Of a stretch of DNA of 64,000 bases, positions 40,038-49,799 are shown in pieces. The translations under genes and the position numbers were made by a program. The notes under the pieces were generated by a model, which worked only from the letters and a program-made list of their open reading frames with translations, was not told the origin of the DNA and did no database searches. The first letter of the stretch is position 1. Every line of letters starts with the position of its first letter. This stretch comes from Candidatus Poribacteria bacterium (GTDB lineage Bacteria > Poribacteria > WGA-4E > WGA-3G), in contig OZ243938.1 in the NCBI GenBank assembly GCA_965214095.1, positions 1,184,001 through 1,248,000 on the forward strand, read 5' to 3'.

Positions 40038-41378
40038 CTAAGATATACCATAAATAAATTCATTATCTGAACTCGTTAACTTAACCTTCATTACTTTGTT
40101 GATAGCAGAATCAGGAACATCCATCAAAACCCTTAGGTAATTATCTGTAAATCCGGCAAGTTGTTTTTTCTCTCCTTCTCTGCTTTCTTCGACTAAAACA
40201 TTCTTATATTTCCCAAGCATACGCTTACGGAACGATTCGCTCATTTCTTTTCCCAATTCTATCATTTCACGACTTCTACTTGCTGAGACTTGAGACGGTA
40301 CTTGATTGGGATATGTGGCAGCTGGTGTGCCTTTGCGTGGAGAGTAACGAAAGACATGCAATTGACTAAATCCTATTTCCTCAACGAACTTAAGTGATTC
40401 CTGAAAATCAGCATCAGTTTCACCTGGAAATCCGACCATAATATCTGTTGTAATGCCTACGTCATCAGTAAAACGAGAACGTAGGTTTTCTACAAGGTAA
40501 GCGAATTGTGAAGTCGAATAACGTCGCCGCATATCACGTAATACTTTGTCAGACCCAGCTTGAATTGGGATATGAAAGTGCGGCATACACTTGGGAAGTA
40601 CAGACATTCTTTCAGAGAGAATGTCGGGAAAATACATCGGTTCTATTGAACTGAAACGAATCCGTTCAATTCCATCAATTCCGTGTATGTGTTCTAATAT
40701 ATCAGCAATGTCCTTGTCTCTTCCTGTGTCTTGTCCATAAGCACCGAGATGTACACCAGTAATAACAATTTCCTTTATACCACTGTCAGCAATTCGTTGT
40801 GCTTCATCAGCAATATCGGCAAGTGGACGACTTGTCATCCTACCCCGCACATACGGAATTATACAGTATGTACAAAAGGCACTACAACCATCTTGCACTT
40901 TGATGAGTGCACGCGTTCGTTTTCCTGCACTGCTAACACCTCCACTAAAACGAGCATGTTCTCGGACAGCATCGTGCTGAACAGGTTGAATCTGTAATTC
41001 TGTTTTGTTATGTAACTTATCAATATAGGTTTGGAAGTCTGCTTTTTCACGATTACCGAAAACTATGGACACACCAGGGATCTGTTCAATCGCCTTTCTG
41101 TCACTTTCCGCGTAGCAACCAGTAACCAGAACTTCAGCATTGGGATTCTGTCGAATTGCTTTCCGCACGGCTTGTCTTGCCTTTTGGTCGGCAGCATTTG
41201 TTACTGTGCATGTGTTTATCAGATATAGGTCTGCAGTTTGAGTTTCATCGACGATCGCGTATCCATTGCGGACAAGTGTCTCCCGCATAGATTGCGTATC
41301 ATATTGATTGACTTTACAACCCATAGTAATGAGTTTCGCCGTTTTCATAGTATTTGAGGTATCAGAGTTTGTATTCAT
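40038..41378 (-). CDS. mtaB: tRNA t6A37 methylthiotransferase
   Basis: TMGCKVNQYD, NTCTVT, KVQDGCSAFCTYC, GFPGET, YSPRKGT; next to rsmE. Confidence 0.93.
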   Translation of the reverse strand: MNTNSDTSNTMKTAKLITMGCKVNQYDTQSMRETLVRNGYAIVDETQTADLYLINTCTVTNAADQKARQAVRKAIRQNPNAEVLVTGCYAESDRKAIEQIPGVSIVFGNREKADFQTYIDKLHNKTELQIQPVQHDAVREHARFSGGVSSAGKRTRALIKVQDGCSAFCTYCIIPYVRGRMTSRPLADIADEAQRIADSGIKEIVITGVHLGAYGQDTGRDKDIADILEHIHGIDGIERIRFSSIEPMYFPDILSERMSVLPKCMPHFHIPIQAGSDKVLRDMRRRYSTSQFAYLVENLRSRFTDDVGITTDIMVGFPGETDADFQESLKFVEEIGFSQLHVFRYSPRKGTPAATYPNQVPSQVSASRSREMIELGKEMSESFRKRMLGKYKNVLVEESREGEKKQLAGFTDNYLRVLMDVPDSAINKVMKVKLTSSDNEFIYGIS

Positions 41379-42111
41379 AAGTTGTCATAGCCACCCCAGC
41401 AATTGCTGCGGTTTCTGTTCTCAATACGGTTGATCCGATTTTCACTGGGATACATCCCTTTTCTATTATGTCTTTCACTTCATTGACAGTAAATCCACCT
41501 TCTGGACCAACTATTAGTGCAATTGAATTGACTTCAGGATATTTTCTCAACACAGATTGAATGTGTCTTTCAGGTTCTTTTTCCCAGAATATAAGTGCAC
41601 AATCATAAGTATGTATTGCATTTATGCAATCTTGTAAGGTCTGAATCTTATTTAGTTCTGGTATCCAAGCGCGTCCACACTGTTTTGTAGCAGAGAGCAT
41701 AATTCGCTGCCAACGTTCTAATTTGTTTTTACTCGGTTTCTGTAAAGACCTTTCTGTTATTGTTGGAACAATCTGAGTCACACCAAGTTCGGTTGTCTTT
41801 TGCAGAATCAATTCCATTTTATCATGTTTGGGTAGTCCTTGAAACAGTGTGATAGACGGTGTAGTTCTCTTTTGGTACTCCCGTTTTTCTATGTTGGTAT
41901 TCGTTAATTCAGTTTCAATCTTGGTTATTGTTGCGGTAATGACGGTTCCTTCTCCATCAATAATCCTGATGGTTTCACTTAAACCCAATCGTACCACATT
42001 CCGCAGATGATGGTGTTCTGAACCCACAACAGTAGCACTATCATCATAGATTCGGGTTCTTGGTACATAGAATGTATGCATCAGTTTTTTGTTCACAATG
42101 TGTGAACTCAT
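41362..42111 (-). CDS. rsmE: 16S rRNA m3U1498 methyltransferase
   Basis: HHLRNVVR, QKTTELGV, A.KQCGR, VGPEGGF, LRTETA; start may be 42081. Confidence 0.94.
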   Translation of the reverse strand: MSSHIVNKKLMHTFYVPRTRIYDDSATVVGSEHHHLRNVVRLGLSETIRIIDGEGTVITATITKIETELTNTNIEKREYQKRTTPSITLFQGLPKHDKMELILQKTTELGVTQIVPTITERSLQKPSKNKLERWQRIMLSATKQCGRAWIPELNKIQTLQDCINAIHTYDCALIFWEKEPERHIQSVLRKYPEVNSIALIVGPEGGFTVNEVKDIIEKGCIPVKIGSTVLRTETAAIAGVAMTTYEYKL

Positions 42112-42113
42112 AT

Positions 42114-42782
42114 CTATTCTAATGTCCGTAATTTTTCGATCACAACATCCGGATGTTCACTTCGAAAAATCGCTGTTCCAGCAACAAGAATAGTCGCGCC
42201 ATGCTGTGCTGCAACCGGGCCTATCTCAGGTGTCACACCTCCATCAACTGAAATGTCAGGTGGAACATCCATATCCTTAATCTCTTGATGTATCCGTTCA
42301 ATCTTCTCTAATGTTTTTGGTATGAATGATTGTCCACCGAATCCCGGTTCAACACTCATCGGTAACACCAAGTCAATATCTGATAGAAAAGGAAAAACTT
42401 CTTCACAACTTGTCCTCGGTGAAAAGGCGATACCTACCTTTAAGTTATGTGCTTTGATTACTGATATTATAGCATAAGGTTCATCCTCACTTTCAATATG
42501 AAATGTGATCATATCAGAACCTGCATCTACTAATGCGTCAATATATCTTAATGGATGTGTGACCATAATATGAACATCAAACGGCACATCAGTTTTTGAG
42601 CGAACTGCCCCAATCATCAATGGACTTATTCCAAAGTTCGGCACAAATTCCCCATCCATCACATCAAAATGGAGTAGGTCCGCTCCCGCAGCAACGACGC
42701 GTTCTACTTCTTCGCCAATACGACTGAAGTCTGCTGCTAATAATGAGGGGGCGATTTTGGGTGTAACTTTATTATGTTTCAT
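42114..42782 (-). CDS. rpe: Ribulose-phosphate 3-epimerase
   Basis: IAPSLLAADF, HFDVMDG.FVPN, MSVEPGFGGQ, VDGG, VAGTAIF. Confidence 0.96.
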   Translation of the reverse strand: MKHNKVTPKIAPSLLAADFSRIGEEVERVVAAGADLLHFDVMDGEFVPNFGISPLMIGAVRSKTDVPFDVHIMVTHPLRYIDALVDAGSDMITFHIESEDEPYAIISVIKAHNLKVGIAFSPRTSCEEVFPFLSDIDLVLPMSVEPGFGGQSFIPKTLEKIERIHQEIKDMDVPPDISVDGGVTPEIGPVAAQHGATILVAGTAIFRSEHPDVVIEKLRTLE

Positions 42783-42836
42783 TTGATTCTACTAATGCCT
42801 TCAGGTAAATAGACATAATCAGAAAGTGAATTTGGT

Positions 42837-43802
42837 TTATTGATATTGACGTTCATAGATTTTCTTGCCATCTTCAAACACAATTACAAACGTTGAACCA
42901 AAAACTCTGATTCTATTTTGTTCCAAATCAATCACTGTTCCAGGGGCATAAGGTGCTTCTAATACCGTCCTTTCTTGATATTCATCCGCTACAATGATTT
43001 TTACATCGCGCGCCTTGTTACCCTCTTGGCTGACGGTGTGCTTATGGGTTAACCATCTCCCTCTGTTTTCAGTAATGTCACGTTTACCGCTGACCTCAAG
43101 CGTTATTAAGTCACCTATTTGCACCAGTTGTTTGTGTCCAATTATACGTCCTTCTTCAATAATAGGATGGGGACTATATTTTGTTTCAACGTTGAGTCCT
43201 ATTGCTTCAAGTGCCGGTAAAACATCGTTGACAAGTTCGTTCTTTAAACTTGGTAGTTTAATAACTTCAGGTTTTCTACCCAAACTAACCAATAAATCTA
43301 CTGGGTGACCACGTTCTTTTGCTGTGCCTTCTGAAGGATTCTGAGCGATTACTGTATTGGTCAAATATCTTGTTGAATGAACACGAGCAATTGAATTGGG
43401 ACGAAAACCTGCCGATTGCAATGTTTCATAAGCTGCATCCTCCGATTTACCAATCACCGAAGGAATTGGCGTTAATACAGCACCAATACTTACCGTTATT
43501 TTGACAGGATGGTGTGGCTTTATACTGGAATTGGCTGGTGGGTCTTGCTCTATAACCTTCCCTTTGGGTTCGCTACTACTCGCTTGTATAATCGGTTTTT
43601 CAATTGTTAACCCGACTTCAGAAAGTGCAGGTGCAGCTTGATAGTAATGTTTACCGATTATATTTGGAACCAGTACTTCAGTTGACTTAACCCATTGAGG
43701 AATAACAATGAATACTGTTAACAATCCGACAATACCCATTACGATCATACAATAGATAGCAATTTTGACCATTGCCCATAATATAGAATTCAGCTTGTTC
43801 AT
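42837..43802 (-). CDS. Membrane-anchored PASTA-domain protein
   Basis: N-terminal TM; three PASTA-like repeats (VPNIIG...VIEQDP...V.ITVS.G). Confidence 0.88.
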   Translation of the reverse strand: MNKLNSILWAMVKIAIYCMIVMGIVGLLTVFIVIPQWVKSTEVLVPNIIGKHYYQAAPALSEVGLTIEKPIIQASSSEPKGKVIEQDPPANSSIKPHHPVKITVSIGAVLTPIPSVIGKSEDAAYETLQSAGFRPNSIARVHSTRYLTNTVIAQNPSEGTAKERGHPVDLLVSLGRKPEVIKLPSLKNELVNDVLPALEAIGLNVETKYSPHPIIEEGRIIGHKQLVQIGDLITLEVSGKRDITENRGRWLTHKHTVSQEGNKARDVKIIVADEYQERTVLEAPYAPGTVIDLEQNRIRVFGSTFVIVFEDGKKIYERQYQ

Positions 43803-43822
43803 CCCATAGCAAGTTCCTGTTT

Positions 43823-44790
43823 CTATTTATCAGTGGTTGATTCTGAGCTTATAAAACATTCACCGGTTTTGAGTTGGTATCCATTTACAAAATCTTTTGC
43901 CGACATAACCTTTTTCGTTGCAGGTTGAACTTGTAGCAGTTGGATTTCTCCTTCTCCAGTCCTAACAAATAAATTTTGTTCTGCATCTATCCTGATTGTA
44001 CCGGGTTGTTCATTCAATTGAGTTTCTTCCGTATTTTCTAATTGAACTTGAATGACCTTGATCAATGTATTTTCAGAAAAAAAAGTGTATGCTCCTGGCC
44101 ATCCTGATGTGCCTCTAATTAGATTATGGATTTTGGTTGAAGATTCAGACCAATTTATACATCCTATCTCTTTAGAAAGTCGTGGTGCATGTGTTGCCTC
44201 TGTGTGATGCTGAGGTGTTGAAGGTGGTGGCTCTCCTGGTTGTAAGTTAGCTAAGACATCTATCAATAACTTCGCACCAATGTCTGCTAATTTCTGATGT
44301 AACGTTAAGGCTGTATCCTCAGGTTCAATCGGTATTCGCTCCATACAGATAATGTCACCGGTATCTTCACCAACATCTAAAAGCATTAGCGTTACACCGT
44401 CTCTTTCTCCCCATTAATTAATGCCCATTGTATCGGGGCAGCCCCTCTGTACTTTGGTAATAGTGATGGGTGTAGGTTAATAACACCGCAAGGCGGGATA
44501 TCTAATACTGATTGTGGCAATAACTGACCAAAAGCAGTAACGACCATGACATCTGGATCAAGTCGTCTCAGATATTCTACAAACTCTTTTTTTCTAACTT
44601 TTTCAGGTTGATACACCTGCAAGTCATGGTTTAATGCGATCTCCTTCACTGGTGAAGGCTTTAATTTTTTCCCTCTACCACTTGGACGATCTGGTTGTGT
44701 AACTACTCCAAGAATTTCATGATTTTCTGCAATTAAAGCGGACAATGCAGGATTTGCAAATTCGCTTGTTCCCATAAACAGAACACGCAT
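43823..44790 (-). pseudogene. fmt: Methionyl-tRNA formyltransferase with a 1-nt frameshift near 44397 (real lesion or sequencing error)
   Basis: 5' part MGTSEFA, VTQPDRP.GRG, NLHPSLLPKYRGAAPIQ; 3' part D.GEDTG, IHNLIRG...WPGA; adding one G restores GEKETGVTLMLLD. Confidence 0.88.
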
Positions 44791-44844
44791 ATTATAGATA
44801 CTACCTTAATATTTCTAAAAGAATATGATCGGCATTACCTGCGA

Positions 44845-45408
44845 TTAAAATCGAATCTCAAGTAGAGGTATGGCTATACCAATTGGCGGATCATTTGTCC
44901 ACATATTCAGTTGGTTTGTTGTCATAGTTTCATGCGGATGGTCAAAATAGGTTGAGATACCATAAAAGTTAACATGTGGACCTAAACTTGGTATACCAGC
45001 AAGCGTTCCTTCGGGTGGAACCTCCTCCTCAGTCGGAGGGGTTGGAGGTTTACGACCTGGAACACTCGGTGCTGACCTATCAACATTTCGGGTATGTAAC
45101 CAATCCCATATTCCTATAAAAAGTGATAACGAAACCGCACTAATACCCATCACACGATAATTCTGTGGAGTCAATATAGGTGCAATTTTGTTTGTCTGTA
45201 TCATCTTTACACCACGAACCCCCAAATAACTATGCACTGCAGTGAATGGAAGAGAACTTAAAGTAACTATTTCAAAACGACGAAGAGCACTTTCACTATA
45301 TTCTTCATGTTGTGTTTCTTGTTCTTGTGCCTGTGCTTGTAAATGTGGAATAATACCAAGAAAACAGACTATAGAGATCGCAAAAATTCTAATGTAATAT
45401 TTGAACAT
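44845..45408 (-). CDS. Hypothetical exported/membrane protein
   Basis: Signal peptide, RRFEIV.L.SLPFT segment, one further hydrophobic helix, C-terminal Phe. Confidence 0.7.
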   Translation of the reverse strand: MFKYYIRIFAISIVCFLGIIPHLQAQAQEQETQHEEYSESALRRFEIVTLSSLPFTAVHSYLGVRGVKMIQTNKIAPILTPQNYRVMGISAVSLSLFIGIWDWLHTRNVDRSAPSVPGRKPPTPPTEEEVPPEGTLAGIPSLGPHVNFYGISTYFDHPHETMTTNQLNMWTNDPPIGIAIPLLEIRF

Positions 45409-45473
45409 AGTGTACCCCTATTTTCTTACAGATATTGTGTGTTTTGGTAATGAATGTCTTTTAGTTCTAACTT

Positions 45474-45962
45474 TCAGTTTGTGGTTTGTTGAACACGAAA
45501 GAGATAAACGATGAGCATGCCAGCACCGATACATACAGATATATCAGCAACATTAAATGTAGGCCAATAAAGCCTTTTGCTTTCAATACCAAACTGAAGA
45601 AAATCAACAACTTCACCCAGATAGATTCTGTCAATAAAGTTTCCTACTGCACCACCAAGAAGAAACCCTAATGAGACCTGCATCCATCGACTGTGTTTGA
45701 ATCTAAACGAATAAACAACTATGAAAATTAAGGCAGCTATTGTAATTATGACCAATAGGGTACGTTGGTCAGATAATATACCGAATGCCGCTCCTGAATT
45801 TCTATCATGTCGTAAGGTAAAAAAACCTTCAATTATTGTGATACCACTCCCTTTAGGAATGTGGTCCTGAACCAGACGTTTGGTGATGATGTCAAGCACT
45901 AATGACGGAATTGCTACGATGATTAATGGAAATATATTCTTAAAATATTGAATTGGTGACAT
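45474..45962 (-). CDS. lspA: Lipoprotein signal peptidase II
   Basis: NSGAAFG, GGAVGNFIDR, VVDF, PTFNVAD. Confidence 0.96.
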   Translation of the reverse strand: MSPIQYFKNIFPLIIVAIPSLVLDIITKRLVQDHIPKGSGITIIEGFFTLRHDRNSGAAFGILSDQRTLLVIITIAALIFIVVYSFRFKHSRWMQVSLGFLLGGAVGNFIDRIYLGEVVDFLQFGIESKRLYWPTFNVADISVCIGAGMLIVYLFRVQQTTN

Positions 45963-45986
45963 AACTACCTGAATATCTTATCACTA

Positions 45987-48557
45987 TTAGGTTTTTGATT
46001 TATCAGATTGTTTCAGTGATTTCCACTCATCATTTGTATTCATTTCGTCATCTATGTGTGGTAAGTGGTACCACTTTTCTTCAAAAATACTCTTCTTAGT
46101 TGAGAACACTTCTGTGTAAAACTCTTCAGCTAAGTAAGGGAGAATGGGAGCAATCCGTTGAAGAAGTATTTTGAAGATAGAAGTTAGTGCAGTATTAGCA
46201 GAATCTGATTTATCAGTTTTACATAAACTGAGATAAAAGGCTAATTCTGACTGGCAAAATTCAAACAGCAATACCCACATCTTGTAAAAATCATACTTCT
46301 CATATACATCTTGAAGGTGTGTTTGAAATTGATGTGTTATCAATATAACAAGTTTATCTTGTTTCTGAAGTTTGTCATAGTCCTTCACATTACTTTCACT
46401 TAGTAATGATGGCTGTTTTTTCTTTTTAGTTTTCTTAAAGTCGGATATTATCTCAGCAACCTGACAAAACGTCTCCTTTAGACTTTCATAGTTTTGATAG
46501 TATTTTTCTATCAAGGTTTCAAGTTGTTCGGTTTCCGCGCTTTCCTGAGGAACTTGATGTACATCAGGAGTAATTGAGAATAACCTGATAATGTCTGCTG
46601 GATATTTTTCCAAGATATCGTCATGAATCTCAGTTTCCCATACTACTTCGTCAATTTCATTTAATTCCAAGTGCTTAAATGGATGACTCTCTTTTGAAGG
46701 TCTACTGAGTTGAAGCGACACAGCTAACACGCTCAATTCACCTAACCATTTTACAAATGGTGTTCTTGGTACAAATGCAACATTGGTGGGTGCCTCAAGG
46801 GCAGATTTCTTAAAATCTGATATGTCAAGTGTTTGGAGTAAATTCGCAAAGTAACTCTCTATATTAGTTGACTCTTTCCGAAAATCCTTAGAATGACAGT
46901 TCATACAAGCCGCATCTGTAGGTAATAACTCTTCAACGCTAAGTCGGAACCAATGTTCTGAACCACGCCTAATTGAACTACGAACTGTACGAAGTATTTT
47001 CTTATCAATTATAAGTTGATTGCAGTTATCGCATCTTAACACAGGTAGCGGAATGCCCCACTGTCTCTGCGATGATATTTTCATATCAGATACACTCATC
47101 ATTTGGTTTTTTATGTCATCGCGAATTGCCTCATCATAATGTTCCCAATACTCAGGAGATGTCGTAATTTCATCAGATGTACCTACTGAGGATGTGCTAA
47201 AGGTCCAATGCCGGAAAGGACGTAAGACCGATGTACCGTTGCAGTGTTGACATTCAAGATGTTCAATCTTCCGTTTTCGGGTATTAATCAAGCAATCACG
47301 ACTTTCCAACTCATCTGTAATAAACTGAATCGCATTTTTTAAGTATAAACCACAAAGCATATCAGCATCTTCCGTAAAACGACCAGTTTCATCAAATATA
47401 GGTGTTGTTGTTGATGATAAAAACTTGGAATTAATGGTGTTACGAAGATGAGGTAACGCACTAAATATGTTGTGGCTAAGTGTGTGATGTGCTGGATTAA
47501 GTGGAATAATTCCATCCATCAATTCTTTTTTCTCTGAAGGATCCGACACATTTTGTAAAATCTTTTCTGGTATGGTAAAAAAGGGAAGGTCGGTGAGCGA
47601 AAATAGTGGGTGTGAAAGCGTGCAATTATTCAGATGTTTTGTATTAAATTTCGTGAGAACTTTGGGAACACTCTTATCTTCGGTGTTTGGATTAGTGAAT
47701 TGTTTCAATTGTGGTTCAGCAAAGATCAGATATTGATCATCAAATTCAGTCAAGCAAAAGTGAGTCTTTTCAAATATGCCAATACCGATAGTGCCAGCGA
47801 TCTCCCACAATTGATTCAATGGAAATCGCACGGCAAAATATATATCTTTTCCAAGCTCTTCAAAACCAATGTTGAATGGAAATTTGACAAAAGTGTATAA
47901 GGTATTTCTGGATACTGGTGTAACAGTCTTACCTGGTTCCAATGGAGTAACACAATTAGGACACCAATGGCTGAGTTTCAGTTCATCTTGAAGATAATTT
48001 GAGTCTCTTAGTCTATCAAAGAAACTGAAGAGTTTTGTATCGTAACGTGCCTCTAAAGTCTTATCGGCTGAACTCCAATCTGCAAATACACCGAGAGCTG
48101 CTAACTTTTGCTGTTGTGATTTCAGACATTCACTATATAATTGCCGGCACTGTTTTCTGAAATTAATAATATTTCCCGACGTTTTTGCATTATTCTCTCT
48201 TATCACACTCGCTTCAATGCTAAATGGAAACGTTTCCCACAGTGGTGAATATGCAACGGAGTGTCCATGCATCATTTCATACTTTAGGAATATATCTTGA
48301 TATATCTTTCTCCGTAACGTGTCTGCATTCAGTCTATGAACCGGTGTCGGCATTTCACGTATTACATAAGTTGGCAATTCAGTCGTTTTTTCATCAACTT
48401 TATACACCTTGCGTTTGTTCCACAGATTGAGGATATCAGTTTCAAGTGATTTGTGTTTCACCTTGTCTGTGGGAACAGAAACAATGTCTTTTTGTGTTGA
48501 TTTACGACCAGACCGTGATGTAGTAGATTTTTTTGTCGAAGGATTTTTCTCTTTCAT
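45987..48557 (-). CDS. Degenerate isoleucyl-tRNA synthetase-like protein lacking HIGH/KMSKS (putative pseudo-enzyme)
   Basis: Collinear with IleRS1 (LGVFADW, WCPNCVTPLE, FVKFP, ISSQRQWGIPLP, WF.LS.EELLP...C..C...FRKE, KYPADIIRL, IAPILPYLAEE) but catalytic motifs replaced; directly upstream of lspA. Confidence 0.85.
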   Translation of the reverse strand: MKEKNPSTKKSTTSRSGRKSTQKDIVSVPTDKVKHKSLETDILNLWNKRKVYKVDEKTTELPTYVIREMPTPVHRLNADTLRRKIYQDIFLKYEMMHGHSVAYSPLWETFPFSIEASVIRENNAKTSGNIINFRKQCRQLYSECLKSQQQKLAALGVFADWSSADKTLEARYDTKLFSFFDRLRDSNYLQDELKLSHWCPNCVTPLEPGKTVTPVSRNTLYTFVKFPFNIGFEELGKDIYFAVRFPLNQLWEIAGTIGIGIFEKTHFCLTEFDDQYLIFAEPQLKQFTNPNTEDKSVPKVLTKFNTKHLNNCTLSHPLFSLTDLPFFTIPEKILQNVSDPSEKKELMDGIIPLNPAHHTLSHNIFSALPHLRNTINSKFLSSTTTPIFDETGRFTEDADMLCGLYLKNAIQFITDELESRDCLINTRKRKIEHLECQHCNGTSVLRPFRHWTFSTSSVGTSDEITTSPEYWEHYDEAIRDDIKNQMMSVSDMKISSQRQWGIPLPVLRCDNCNQLIIDKKILRTVRSSIRRGSEHWFRLSVEELLPTDAACMNCHSKDFRKESTNIESYFANLLQTLDISDFKKSALEAPTNVAFVPRTPFVKWLGELSVLAVSLQLSRPSKESHPFKHLELNEIDEVVWETEIHDDILEKYPADIIRLFSITPDVHQVPQESAETEQLETLIEKYYQNYESLKETFCQVAEIISDFKKTKKKKQPSLLSESNVKDYDKLQKQDKLVILITHQFQTHLQDVYEKYDFYKMWVLLFEFCQSELAFYLSLCKTDKSDSANTALTSIFKILLQRIAPILPYLAEEFYTEVFSTKKSIFEEKWYHLPHIDDEMNTNDEWKSLKQSDKSKT

Positions 48558-48640
48558 ATAAATTCTGTCACTTTTAATTCTATAGTGTCAATGCCACTCT
48601 ATTTCAATTCACCTTTGTATTCTATGTAACGTTCTAAAAA

Positions 48641-48907
48641 CTACATAATCAACAATTGCTGTAGAAAGTACAATAAAAATAATAACACCATCGGTGAAAA
48701 ATCTATACCGATATTTCTACTCACTGGTTGCATTGCGTTTCGCAGCGGCTGCAGAATAGGATCAACAAGTTGACCCGTGAACGAATAGACTCGTTGTAAA
48801 GTGTCATTTCGTGTGCTTAATACAATCCATGAGAGTATTACGTTTATGAATACGATAAATATGTAAACTTTAAGCACACGACTAAGAACGTAGATAAGAA
48901 TTGTCAT
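48641..48907 (-). CDS. yggT: YggT-family membrane protein
   Basis: ILSW, LVDP.L.PLR, GIDFSP; follows proC; start placed at MTILIY. Confidence 0.88.
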   Translation of the reverse strand: MTILIYVLSRVLKVYIFIVFINVILSWIVLSTRNDTLQRVYSFTGQLVDPILQPLRNAMQPVSRNIGIDFSPMVLLFLLYFLQQLLIM

Positions 48908-48914
48908 TACCAGT

Positions 48915-49742
48915 TTATCCTCTTCTATTTGTCGTACCAAGTTGTTCTGCTCGATCTGTAGCGGCAATTATTGCTTCTGCAAGCGTTGCACGGAATCCAC
49001 CTTTCTCAAGTTCATGCAGTCCGGCTGCTGTTGTTCCTCCAGGTGTCGTAACCCGATTTTTTAATGTAGCTGGATGTTCTTTGGTTTCTGCTAACATCTT
49101 AGCTGCTCCTAATACCGTATGGGTCGCAAGAATCTGTGCATCCTGTCGTGGTAACCCTACATGAACGCCTGCATCCGCTAACGCTTCAATGAATAGGGCA
49201 ACGTAAGCTGGACCGCTACCACTAACGCCTGTTACCGCATTCAGGTGTCGTTCATCCATAACTAATGTCGTTCCACATGTATTAAAGACCTTTTCTGTAA
49301 TACGGAGATGCTTATCTTCTGCTGCAGTACCAGGTGTCAAGACTGAAATAGCAGCTTGGACAGAAGCTGCTATATTTGGCATTACCCGGATAATCGGTGG
49401 AAGGGTATCAAAGAATGATTCAAGTGATTCTGTTGTGACTCCCGCTGCAATGCTTATTAACAATTGCGATGATGAAAGAGTTGAGGCAACTTGAGGAAGA
49501 ATGTGAGGTATCGCTACCGGTGGTACCGCACAGACAATAACATCTATCTTTGGTATAAGTTTGTCTATACTTGCTGCGTCGTTAATACCCGTTTCTTCAC
49601 ATAGGTGTTTTACAAGTTTCTGGTCCAAATCGGTTACCCAAATCTGTTCTGCTGGTAACAGATTGTCAACAACACTTCGGACGATGATGCCTCCCATTTT
49701 TCCAACGCCGATAAACCCTATTTTTATGTTCTCATCCACCAT
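48915..49742 (-). CDS. proC: Pyrroline-5-carboxylate reductase
   Basis: GFIGVGKMG, SIAAG, RVMPN, SGSGPAYV, VTTPGGTT. Confidence 0.95.
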   Translation of the reverse strand: MVDENIKIGFIGVGKMGGIIVRSVVDNLLPAEQIWVTDLDQKLVKHLCEETGINDAASIDKLIPKIDVIVCAVPPVAIPHILPQVASTLSSSQLLISIAAGVTTESLESFFDTLPPIIRVMPNIAASVQAAISVLTPGTAAEDKHLRITEKVFNTCGTTLVMDERHLNAVTGVSGSGPAYVALFIEALADAGVHVGLPRQDAQILATHTVLGAAKMLAETKEHPATLKNRVTTPGGTTAAGLHELEKGGFRATLAEAIIAATDRAEQLGTTNRRG

Positions 49743-49768
49743 TAAACTCCTAACTGGAATATGAAAAG

Positions 49769-49794
49769 TACCTACCTACCTACCTACCTACCTA
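49769..49794. repeat. Tetranucleotide microsatellite (TACC)6
   Basis: Directly visible between yggS and proC. Confidence 0.9.
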
Positions 49795-49799
49795 TCTCG

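Noticed and set aside
44392-44394. Stop-codon readthrough or recoding in fmt
   Set aside because: The downstream half is in a different frame, so readthrough would not restore the protein
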